A stretch of 46,907 nt of DNA from a virus (Duplodnaviria; Heunggongvirae; Uroviricota; Caudoviricetes), in IMG/VR virus record IMGVR_UViG_2651869724_000014; one strand, given 5' to 3'. Every line of letters begins with the position of its first letter. Positions within the stretch are counted from its first letter, which is position 1. The position numbers and the translations under genes are program-made. This document shows, piece by piece, positions 1 through 8,030 of the stretch. The notes beneath the pieces are model-generated. The model was not told where the DNA came from. It saw nothing but the letters and a program-made list of their open reading frames with translations, and did not search any database.

Positions 1-507
1 CAGCAGGATCCCCGCGTTATTCGGGATATACGGAAGCAGTTTTTTGGCAATATGTAAGCCCTGGCCGACACAGCCGTACTGCCCTTTGCTCAGGTCTGCC
101 TTCGGATGATTCAGCGTACTCATATCCTGCACATCATGCAGGCAGTGGTCGGCCGGAATAATATCGTTATATCTGCAGGCAGCCCCACCCGGCGTCACTG
201 TACTGCGGCGCGCCAGCTGTTTAATGCGCGGATCCGGAGCATCGTATGAATCCGGCAGCGGAAGCCCTTCACCGTAAGCCATGGCATTGGACTGCCCGGC
301 CAGTACGATGACGTAGTACCAATCCGGCTCAGTTGCACCACTGACCACCACATCACCTTCTGCTGTAATCGCCTGCATCAGGGTATAAGGGGTTATGGCC
401 ACCGGACTACCAAACGGCTGCCAGCCCTCTTTCAGTTTGTGTGTCAGCTTTTCCGCAAGGTCTGACGGCGACGCCGCCCTGACAACATCATAATGTTTAA
501 ATGTCAT
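1..507 (-). CDS. Prophage NanS-like sialate O-acetylesterase (DUF1737 N-terminus), C-terminally cut by the window edge
   Basis: ATG at 507-505 preceded by GGAGGA. My translation is MTFKHYDVVRAASPSDLAEKLTHKLKEGWQPFGSP...VIVLAGQSNAMAYGEG, i.e. a DUF1737 domain plus the SGNH-type GQSN block seen in lambdoid/Stx-phage nanS-p genes. Confidence 0.8.
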   Translation of the reverse strand, partial: MTFKHYDVVRAASPSDLAEKLTHKLKEGWQPFGSPVAITPYTLMQAITAEGDVVVSGATEPDWYYVIVLAGQSNAMAYGEGLPLPDSYDAPDPRIKQLARRSTVTPGGAACRYNDIIPADHCLHDVQDMSTLNHPKADLSKGQYGCVGQGLHIAKKLLPYIPNNAGILL

Positions 508-690
508 TATTCCTCCCGGCCGGGATAGTGTATTAAATCAGATATGGAGTGGGCTGTAGTCCGGAAGCCTGAATGACACACGGGGACTACAGCCCAAGAA
601 ATGAAGAAGGCCACGCAGTTGCGCAGCCTGATAAACCCTGGTTAAAATCCACACGATAACAACACAACAATATCAGTATCTCATGCTATT

Positions 691-716
691 GCCCGAACCC
701 ATTCGGGCATTTTTTA
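691..716 (+). terminator. Hairpin plus T-run (gcccgaa-ccca-ttcgggc-attttttt)
   Basis: 7-bp stem, 4-nt loop and a T-run read directly from the sequence. It is oriented against the late-operon direction. Confidence 0.4.
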
Positions 717-721
717 CCCAT

Positions 722-752
722 AAAAAATGCCCCTCCGGAGAGGGGCATTTTT
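722..752. terminator. Bidirectional rho-independent terminator (aaaaaa-atgcccctc-cgga-gaggggcat-tttt)
   Basis: 9-bp GC-rich stem flanked by an A-run and a T-run. Confidence 0.5.
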
Positions 753-1077
753 GCATGCACATTCTTTTTCTTGCATGGTGCCGGGTGCCTCCCGGTGAAT
801 TCAGTATCAGCACCTGAATCCGCGATTATCACATATACCTACTTGCTGATTGCCCCTCCGCACAGGGGGATTCACCATGCAGTAGTATTTTTAATAAACA
901 GCAAATAAAAAAATCAAGCATTATGCAGGCTGTTTCTTTTTATCACCGGCTACAGCAATACCACAATGCCGCAGACCAGCACCCCATCCGCCAGCACCGA
1001 CATGATTCTGCTGGTGAAATCCACCATCACCACCAGAAACAGCAGGAGTGCAGCCACAGCCAGGCGCAGTTTTACCG

Positions 1078-1573
1078 TCACAGGTGATTCTCCAGACGAA
1101 GACCCAGAACACCGGCAATCTCTTCCAGCACCTTGCGCTCTTCCGGCTCAATTTCGCCGTCTGCCTCCGCAATGGCCACCGCCACATCCAGCACATCTTC
1201 CGCTTCACGCGTATCGTGTTTCACATCCTCGATCTCACGTAACGCCGCACGACGACCAGTTTTAAAGTTCGTATCCAGCTGACCGATAATGGTTGCGCTA
1301 ATCGCATTAATTTCTGACGTAAACGCGGACAGCGCAGGCTGATTACGCAGTACCTGTTCGATCTTCGCTTTCTAGGAAGCCTCACATTCACCATCTGCAC
1401 AGGCCACCAGGTAGGCAGCATTAATAACCGCCTGTGCCAGATCGCGTTTCTCAAACTTTCCTTTTTCCGGTTAACGTGACACACCAATAACTCTTGTCGA
1501 AAAAGCCAGCAAGCTGAAAGACCGGTATTCACAACCACCAGCGCGTTTACTGTACTGGCGTGATTTCAGTCAT
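1078..1573 (-). pseudogene. Decayed TerB-like (tellurite-resistance-domain) prophage gene
   Basis: Minus-strand translation gives ...AVINAAYLVACADGECEAS*KAKIEQVLRNQPALSAFTSEINAISATIIGQLDTNFKTGRRAALREIEDVKHDTREAEDVLDVAVAIAEADGEIEPEERKVLEEIAGVLGLRLENHL. It is broken by an in-frame TAG near 1374 and frame changes near the 5' end. The track ORFs 921-1538 are fragments or wrong frames. Confidence 0.45.
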
Positions 1574-1598
1574 AAAAAAACCCGCCTGGCGACGGGTG
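1574..1598 (-). terminator. tR'-like terminator about 80 nt downstream of Q
   Basis: On the minus strand: acccgtcgccaggcgggt hairpin followed by TTTTTTT. The position matches the short pR' leader transcript of lambdoid phages. Confidence 0.45.
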
Positions 1599-1677
1599 TA
1601 AAAAATCTTCTAACGTCAGGCATAAAACGCCCATCGTTAGGGCAAATTTACCACAGATTCGGGAAAAATCAACAAAG

Positions 1678-2499
1678 CTATCTGGTCACCTTTTTCAGTT
1701 GTTGTTCTGCCCATGCTTCTTCAATATCAAACTGCACCACCAGCGTATCGTAAAAACGTTTAACTGTTTTTTTCCATGTATCAAGAGATATGGCATCGGT
1801 TACATTACATATGGCATTAAATGCCTCCGTTGAAGGTAATCTTTCATAGCCACGACCACCACAACGCTGGCAGTCTCTGATAACAGGCATACCACGTTTT
1901 ACCGACTCTTCACGATGAATGGCAACACCGCGCCCACGACAATCTTTACAGGCAGTGGATACCTCTCCCTTCCCTCCACACTCCGGACAGGCAACTTTTA
2001 CCACCTCCCTGACTTTTTTCCATTCCTCCCAGTAAGACGGATACACGCCTTTTGTGCACTTTGCCCACACTGGCGGCTTACCATCCGGATACTGGATCTT
2101 GTTTGTAAAAACCTCGCTTTCAATAAATTTTTTTCCGTGACAACAGGGGCACTGTTTTTTGCTCGCCGCGCTACGGGCATAATCTTCAAACGCATACGAA
2201 GCCATAATACGCATCACTGCCGGTTTTATTTCTGCCGGGAGTTTTCTTAACGCCGCCACGCGATCACACCGACTGAGTGCATATTCTGTCAGCAATTCTG
2301 TTGCCCGCTCTCTGTCATTCATACTAATGCCCATTTTCCCAAGGAACGCAGAAAACCCCATCTCAGCCCAATTCTGTGTCATGCCCTGCGCGGCCATCAC
2401 ATCAGTGATACTCAGCGTATCTTTCGACGTTGAGGCCGATGCATCAGTCAGGCCGAGGGATTTTGGGGAGTAGTATTTCGGTAAATCTTCCAGTTTCAT
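1678..2499 (-). CDS. Putative late-gene antiterminator Q (QuuQ/YdfT-like) with four DnaJ-type CxxCxGxG zinc knuckles
   Basis: Sits directly after rusA and before the late region. Motifs: CPCCHGKK, CPECGGKG, CKDCRGRG, CQRCGGRG. Its start overlaps the rusA stop. Confidence 0.6.
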   Translation of the reverse strand: MKLEDLPKYYSPKSLGLTDASASTSKDTLSITDVMAAQGMTQNWAEMGFSAFLGKMGISMNDRERATELLTEYALSRCDRVAALRKLPAEIKPAVMRIMASYAFEDYARSAASKKQCPCCHGKKFIESEVFTNKIQYPDGKPPVWAKCTKGVYPSYWEEWKKVREVVKVACPECGGKGEVSTACKDCRGRGVAIHREESVKRGMPVIRDCQRCGGRGYERLPSTEAFNAICNVTDAISLDTWKKTVKRFYDTLVVQFDIEEAWAEQQLKKVTR

Positions 2500-2870
2500 T
2501 TTTTGACCTGCCCTTCAAGCATTATGGGGTAAATCTTCACCCCCAGACGTCCACCAGATACTGGCTGACCACGAACGATATTGATTTCATCAAACTGCTC
2601 ATCGTCCATTAACACTCCCGCATGCGTCAGCGCATCCAGCGGTGCTTTCAGGATATTGTCCAGGTCGCGACGACGCTTATCCGGTGGCTCTGCAATCACC
2701 TTTATCGCCAGCCTTCCGGACAGGATTAATTTCAGCCGCTGCTGGCGAACAATAAGCGCCACAGCCCGGCGATAACGCTTTCCCTCCTCCGAGATAAAAT
2801 ATGTGCTGCCACGACGTCGCCAGTAGGTGTTCACCGTTGGCGGGTAAGGTAAAACCAAATCTATGAGCAT
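2496..2870 (-). CDS. rusA: Holliday-junction resolvase RusA
   Basis: LPYPPTVNTYWRRRG...RRDLDNILKAPLDALTHAGVLMDDEQ is a canonical RusA sequence, about 120 aa. Confidence 0.9.
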   Translation of the reverse strand: MLIDLVLPYPPTVNTYWRRRGSTYFISEEGKRYRRAVALIVRQQRLKLILSGRLAIKVIAEPPDKRRRDLDNILKAPLDALTHAGVLMDDEQFDEINIVRGQPVSGGRLGVKIYPIMLEGQVKK

Positions 2871-2882
2871 CAGTCACCTCTT

Positions 2883-3932
2883 TTACCCAAGCACGCCAGT
2901 TGCAAAGGCGTGATCAAGAAAACGAAAAATTAAATCAACCTGAGAGCCATGCTTTTCTTCGAACGCCAGCGGATCCGCATGAAGCTCGTTGTGATGCTCC
3001 CGACACAGCGGTAGCGTGAAAATATCGTGAGATTTTGTCCCCATTCCGCCCTGACCATGACCAATCAGGTGATGGGGATCGTCGGCTGGCTTACCACAAC
3101 ACGCACACGGCTGAGTCTTCACCCAGCGTGTGTATTTCTCGTTAACCCAGCGGCGACGTTTAGGTCGTTTCATGAAAGATTCCGGAGGCTCAGGATCAAC
3201 GGCAATGCTGACCACCGTCTTTTCCTGTGGTGGGTTCTGTTGCTGGTGGGCGTGAGGCAGCGGCGCAAGATTTTTTGTGCGCTGCTTCAGTATGCTGGTG
3301 GCGGTCTGCTCTCCCGGTACGATGTCGCTTTCACGGTACATTGAGCGGATTTTTTCCGCACGCAACCCCAGCGAACGACGTAATACCGCTTCCGGTAGCG
3401 CGTCCGCCACCTGATTGCGGACCGCCCACCAGGATAATTCAGCCAGAGATAATTCACGCTCCTGCGTACCGCTTATTGCGTGACCGATGACGTCAATCAT
3501 CCATGCTGACAGGTTTTGATGAGCAAGTTGCTCGAGTGATTCGGATGTCTGGTCACGCAGCTGGTTGTCGCAGTGCCAGCACAACACCATTGCGCCGGTA
3601 CCATAACGGTGAATGACGGTTTCGCTGTGATGATAATCGCCGTGTGGCCACTGGCAGGATTTAATATGGCGCAACAGCCAGTCAGACAATGCACCAGCAC
3701 CACCAGCAGCACGAATCACCCGTGCGTTACTGAAAAACGGCAGCAATGTTTTGTCTTCCACCAGCGGCTGGCGAACGGCAGGAACGACCCCGGACGGCAG
3801 ATTACGCATGCTTTTCGGTTCCGGCTCCACCAATACCCGGGTATTGTGGAATACCGGCATGGATTCACGGCCCGGCTTAACGATCACCAGCCCGAGTTCC
3901 GGTACCAGAACAGGTCGAAGTAATACCCGCAC
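2883..3932 (-). CDS. DUF968 (YdfU-like) prophage protein
   Basis: C-terminal CACCGKPADDPHHLIGHGQGGMGTKSHDIFTLPLCREHHNELH block typical of YdfU/DUF968, in a nin-region position. Confidence 0.8.
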   Translation of the reverse strand: MRVLLRPVLVPELGLVIVKPGRESMPVFHNTRVLVEPEPKSMRNLPSGVVPAVRQPLVEDKTLLPFFSNARVIRAAGGAGALSDWLLRHIKSCQWPHGDYHHSETVIHRYGTGAMVLCWHCDNQLRDQTSESLEQLAHQNLSAWMIDVIGHAISGTQERELSLAELSWWAVRNQVADALPEAVLRRSLGLRAEKIRSMYRESDIVPGEQTATSILKQRTKNLAPLPHAHQQQNPPQEKTVVSIAVDPEPPESFMKRPKRRRWVNEKYTRWVKTQPCACCGKPADDPHHLIGHGQGGMGTKSHDIFTLPLCREHHNELHADPLAFEEKHGSQVDLIFRFLDHAFATGVLG

Positions 3933-3933
3933 G

Positions 3934-4212
3934 TTACCTCCAGATGCGTTGCTGGAATGTGCGGGACGGACGCGGTGGGCGTTCAGAGTAAGGAAGCCTG
4001 ACGGAGATTATCCAGTGACGATAATCGAGGCTGAGGGCTTTCTTAATCTCGTATCCGTGTCTGCGGTAGCACTGAATTAGCCACTCGGCCTGTTCTTCAG
4101 TGCATGGGTCATGCTGGAACCAGTCAGATTTGAAAGTGCGGGAACGCCGCCCGTGCCTGCTGGCAAAGACGGCAAAATCATCAGAATTGTGTAATTTGGT
4201 ATCGTGCGCCAT
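3934..4212 (-). CDS. Hypothetical nin-region protein (92 aa from MAHDTKLH; an alternative ATG at 4293 gives 119 aa)
   Basis: The ORF abuts the DUF968 start. The longer start would sit directly beside the terminator hairpin at 4295-4310, so the internal ATG is preferred. Confidence 0.45.
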   Translation of the reverse strand: MAHDTKLHNSDDFAVFASRHGRRSRTFKSDWFQHDPCTEEQAEWLIQCYRRHGYEIKKALSLDYRHWIISVRLPYSERPPRPSRTFQQRIWR

Positions 4213-4283
4213 CGGTTGTCTCTGCTGGCGCAGCAGGTGCCAGTTGTTCAGGCTGGCGTGCGAATTGTAAACCAGAATGCCAG

Positions 4284-4310
4284 GAAAAAACAAAACCCGC
4301 CGAAGCGGGT
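4284..4310 (-). terminator. Rho-independent terminator downstream of the lipoprotein moron
   Basis: Minus strand: acccgc-ttcg-gcgggt followed by TTTGTTTTTT. Confidence 0.55.
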
Positions 4311-4508
4311 ATGCTAAAACAAACTGAAAGTAATATACCGGACTTGTAAAGGAACGATAGAAGAATTATTGGATTAAACCCTGACTCAATCCAGATTTCA
4401 TAGGCAACAACTACGGACTAATCATCACAGTCATGTTTGATAGGCTTAGTCCACATTGGGTGAGGGTTTACGGCGTTTTCACTAATAATTTATCGTCCAA
4501 GCTATACA

Positions 4509-4901
4509 CTACTGCCCTGTTTTAACGAAGTTTTTAAAGGAAACAACTGCCTGATAGGGGTTTGGTTGACAGCCAAACATATTATCGCAAAAAGGCTTGA
4601 TGAAAATTCTTGAGGATCCATCTTCATTTGGCATTTTACTCACTTGATAAGCGAGGAATGGACTATTTGGAGAGGGATTATAAGTGGAAATTAGCGTGTC
4701 TGTCGCCGTTTGAATTTTCCATGAGGAATTATTAGCCAACCAGAATTGCGCTCGTTTCCAATAAAAGTCACATTGCTTTTCATCATTACATGTTAGTGGC
4801 TTCATTGCTTCTGCTTTCAACGCTGGATCGACCTTTGCTGCACACCCTCCCAACATTACTGTTGCAATCATTACACCTGCGACTAAAACAAGTTTCTTCA
4901 T
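4509..4901 (-). CDS. Moron-encoded lipoprotein of unknown function
   Basis: Signal peptide plus lipobox MKKLVLVAGVMIATVMLGG|C. An AT-rich insert between GC-richer phage genes. Confidence 0.8.
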   Translation of the reverse strand: MKKLVLVAGVMIATVMLGGCAAKVDPALKAEAMKPLTCNDEKQCDFYWKRAQFWLANNSSWKIQTATDTLISTYNPSPNSPFLAYQVSKMPNEDGSSRIFIKPFCDNMFGCQPNPYQAVVSFKNFVKTGQ

Positions 4902-5044
4902 CTCCCTGCCCCATCAATAAAAGTTCGGTTCTCTAATAACTAGAGTTAATCAACGGAAAAAACGCCGAAGCGGGTTAAGTGCGGGTGCGTTGAGGATGCC
5001 TGACACATCAGAGGTGGCGAGGGATTTCTCCCCCGCCAGGTCTC

Positions 5045-5200
5045 TTACTCCTCAGGTTCGTAAGCTGTGAAGACAGCGACCTCCGTCTGGCCGGTTCGGA
5101 TTCGTACCTCGCAGAGGTCTTTCCTCGTTACCAGTGCCGTCACAATGACGGTTAAACAGATGACGATCAGGGCGATTAACATCGCCTTTTGCTGCTTCAT
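5045..5200 (-). CDS. hok: Hok/Gef-family type I toxin (51 aa)
   Basis: MKQQKAMLIALIVICLTVIVTALVTRKDLCEVRIRTGQTEVAVFTAYEPEE is a Hok-family sequence. The track ORF 5045-5257 is the same frame extended upstream. Confidence 0.9.
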   Translation of the reverse strand: MKQQKAMLIALIVICLTVIVTALVTRKDLCEVRIRTGQTEVAVFTAYEPEE

Positions 5201-5411
5201 AGCCTGCTTCTCCTTGCCTTTCGGCACGTAAGAGGCTAACCTAGATTTGCCGTTCATAGATTGAGCCTCAGATTAATGTTAAGCGTCTTGCAGGACGCGT
5301 AATGTTAACTGGGGCTTTTCTCTATCTGCCTTTGGTGTTCATGCCTGAGACAGATAGCCTCAAGCACCCGCAGCCATTCTACTTAACTCCCGTTACCTCG
5401 CCAATATGAAA

Positions 5412-5501
5412 TCAGTCAGAAAGGCGATCCATAAGAACAACAGCAAGGCAATAAATTGCCATTAAGGCAGCAATAGCCAGCGCACATTTGAGAACCAGCA
5501 C
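5412..5501 (-). CDS. Speculative 29-aa hydrophobic peptide (GTG start)
   Basis: AGGAGG at 5513-5508, then GTG. Peptide: VLVLKCALAIAALMAIYCLAVVLMDRLSD. Below the ORF-track size cut-off and found by hand. Confidence 0.2.
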   Translation of the reverse strand: MLVLKCALAIAALMAIYCLAVVLMDRLSD

Positions 5502-5994
5502 CACAACCTCCTGTATTGGACGTACATCAGTCCTGATAAATATGAGGCTGTCTCGTCAGTGATTCAATACAACTATTGGGTATAGTTTCTGTGATTTTGT
5601 TCTGTAGAAATGGAACACAATAACCAGTCACCACCAGCACTTCTTTAAATACGCCAAGTCCGACGCAAGCTAACCTTCTAGCCCACTTTGAGCGAGAAGC
5701 AGACATTTACTTAACTGGATAGCAAGAGACTTCATATATCATGGTTGATCCCGGAGTTTTCAATAATGGAAAGACATTGCCCGTATGATCGGGCCGTAAC
5801 CACATTAGAAGCAGGTGCCCTTTGTGAATTTTGATTGTGTCAACCTATCTGTTTTGAATTTTTTATAAAAAATATTCGCAAATTTGTGAATTATGAGAGA
5901 CAAACGAGCATGGACAACCAATGTTACTTTCATACACAATGAAGCAACATGATAAAAGTACACTGACTTTAGCAAGTAAATTTAGGAGATTGCG

Positions 5995-7329
5995 ATGTTT
6001 AGCTTAATCATGGCCGGAGAACCGGACGTTTTTGACCGCTGGCCGTGTATGGACCCAGGGCTTACAGAAGGCGAGGAAAGATTCTCGATGTCCCGCATGC
6101 TGGAAGGCACCCCAAGCGATATTTACAGTAAATTAACACCAATAAGACCCGATACCTTAAGAGAACTCGCCAAGCTACCAGTATTGTTCATGACCGAAAC
6201 TTATACAAAAGATGATGAATATGATACAAACAAGTACATCAGGATCAGACTTGGGGAAATAAGAAATTTACGTAAAGATGGTGGCGATATTTTATTTTCT
6301 TTCAAGATTAATCATAATTTTGGAGAAATAACGAATCCCCAAACGACATTATATAAAGAAACCCTAGGGCTAGGATCTTTCGGGTTAAGCCGTACACATT
6401 GGGCAGTAAAAAATAAGGATTTAAATATTGTTCTGGAATCACTTGGTTTAAACAAACAAAATAGTCACCTCAAAGGTACAATCAAATTAAAAAAACAAAC
6501 ATACCCAGTAGTCGAGAATATTATAGATTATCTTAATTTCATAAAGAAAAACTTTCGTGATGGTCTCATTACCTTTTATCGTGGACACTCTAAAAGCTCA
6601 TATGAGCTTGTCCCCTCTCTTTACAGAAAAAATCAAAACGGGACGTACAGGCATCTTGCTTCAGAATCTGATTTAGTACGTGAAATACTCAGCGCAAGAC
6701 CAAATGAATTTAAGGAGGATAAATTTACGATTGATAAACTTGTCCGCATGCAGCATTATGGCTTGCCTACAAGACTCTTAGACATTACATCTAACCCACT
6801 GATAGCATTATATTTTGCTTGCTGTTCGAACCCCAATGAAAACGGACAGGTGATTTCGTTTTCAACAAATAGAAAGAAAATTAAATATTTCGACTCAGAT
6901 ACAGTGAGCTGTATAGCAAACTTATCACTTTTATCTTACGAAGAGTTGGAAAAATTGTCCTCCTCTGATTCCAGAAAAGGTAATATGGAGTTATCTGAAC
7001 TCACTGATAAACTTGCAGACCTTATACAGAATGAAAAATCATATTTTAGAAACAGAATAATTCCTGATGACTTAAGGAAAGTTGTTTTCCTTAAGGCTAA
7101 AATAAATAATGAACGCATACAATCTCAGGCAGGAGCTTTTCTTCTGTTCGGACTTGATCCCATTTTACCGGAAACAGATGCTGAGTTTCCTCTTAACAGA
7201 GTGGAGATAGCGAACAAAAATAAAATTCTGGAAGAGCTGGCGCAGCTTAATATATCCGAAAGCACTGTATATCCCAGCATGGAGAAAACGGCAGCAGAAA
7301 TTAAAAAAAAGTTTTTATCGGTATCATAA
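5995..7329 (+). CDS. FRG-domain protein (moron)
   Basis: Central ITFYRGHSKSSYELVPSLYR ... MQHYGLPTRLLDITSNPLIALYFA are the FRG-domain signature blocks. AT-rich, and on the opposite strand to the surrounding phage genes. Confidence 0.8.
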   Translation: MFSLIMAGEPDVFDRWPCMDPGLTEGEERFSMSRMLEGTPSDIYSKLTPIRPDTLRELAKLPVLFMTETYTKDDEYDTNKYIRIRLGEIRNLRKDGGDILFSFKINHNFGEITNPQTTLYKETLGLGSFGLSRTHWAVKNKDLNIVLESLGLNKQNSHLKGTIKLKKQTYPVVENIIDYLNFIKKNFRDGLITFYRGHSKSSYELVPSLYRKNQNGTYRHLASESDLVREILSARPNEFKEDKFTIDKLVRMQHYGLPTRLLDITSNPLIALYFACCSNPNENGQVISFSTNRKKIKYFDSDTVSCIANLSLLSYEELEKLSSSDSRKGNMELSELTDKLADLIQNEKSYFRNRIIPDDLRKVVFLKAKINNERIQSQAGAFLLFGLDPILPETDAEFPLNRVEIANKNKILEELAQLNISESTVYPSMEKTAAEIKKKFLSVS

Positions 7330-7567
7330 AGGGATAAACTAAAGGCAACGAAAACTAAGACTGCGCAGTCTTCAGATGGAAGTGCTCATTGGGAACGGTT
7401 TCAGGGGCAAAAACTGGAAGTTCCAGTGGGCCTTGAGCTGCTCCCTATAAATTAACATATCTCAATGTTATCAATGTCTGCTTTTGGCACAAAGCGGACA
7501 ACCACGCTAGCTCTACCCTGTGCCACAAAATGTCAATTTACATCTGAACTAATGCACTTTAATCTCG

Positions 7568-7990
7568 TCACTTCAAAAAATACCGAACATCCCCCTGATA
7601 AAACGACAATATCCGCTGCATAACTTCGCTTTTACGACACTCAGTACAAATTATATTATGACGCCTGTCGTAACGACGTATTTCTCCATCAGGTAATGAC
7701 CAGATAAGGTCCGGATCAACCGCAGATGGTTTCTTCAGCTTTGCCCTTGAGAGCTTTTTACGGGCATTTTGCCAGTCCTTACGCGCCTGTTCAGACGGGA
7801 ATAACCCGTAACCAGAGTTGTATACATCGCCGCTGGCAACCAGCTCTCTTGCGAGAACGCTCATCAGATATCTTGTCGCACCTGTCTTGACTTCCAGTTG
7901 CCGTAACGTCTCACGCCCACTCTGGCGTACGAGTTCAACAACCTGCCCTTTAATTTTTTCTCGCTCTTCTTGTGTAAAAACTTTTGCCAC
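7568..7990 (-). CDS. DUF977 (YdaW-like) prophage protein
   Basis: Follows the replication gene as in Rac. Family assignment is from memory of YdaW-like proteins. Confidence 0.6.
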   Translation of the reverse strand: MAKVFTQEEREKIKGQVVELVRQSGRETLRQLEVKTGATRYLMSVLARELVASGDVYNSGYGLFPSEQARKDWQNARKKLSRAKLKKPSAVDPDLIWSLPDGEIRRYDRRHNIICTECRKSEVMQRILSFYQGDVRYFLK

Positions 7991-8030
7991 AAGTCCTCCT
8001 GAAAATTACCTCATGACCAGAAATCAACAC

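Noticed and set aside
5045-5257. The 70-aa form of the hok ORF as a separate 'mok' gene
   Set aside because: It is simply the same frame extended upstream of the conserved Hok start. I cannot show a distinct overlapping mok frame from the sequence alone.
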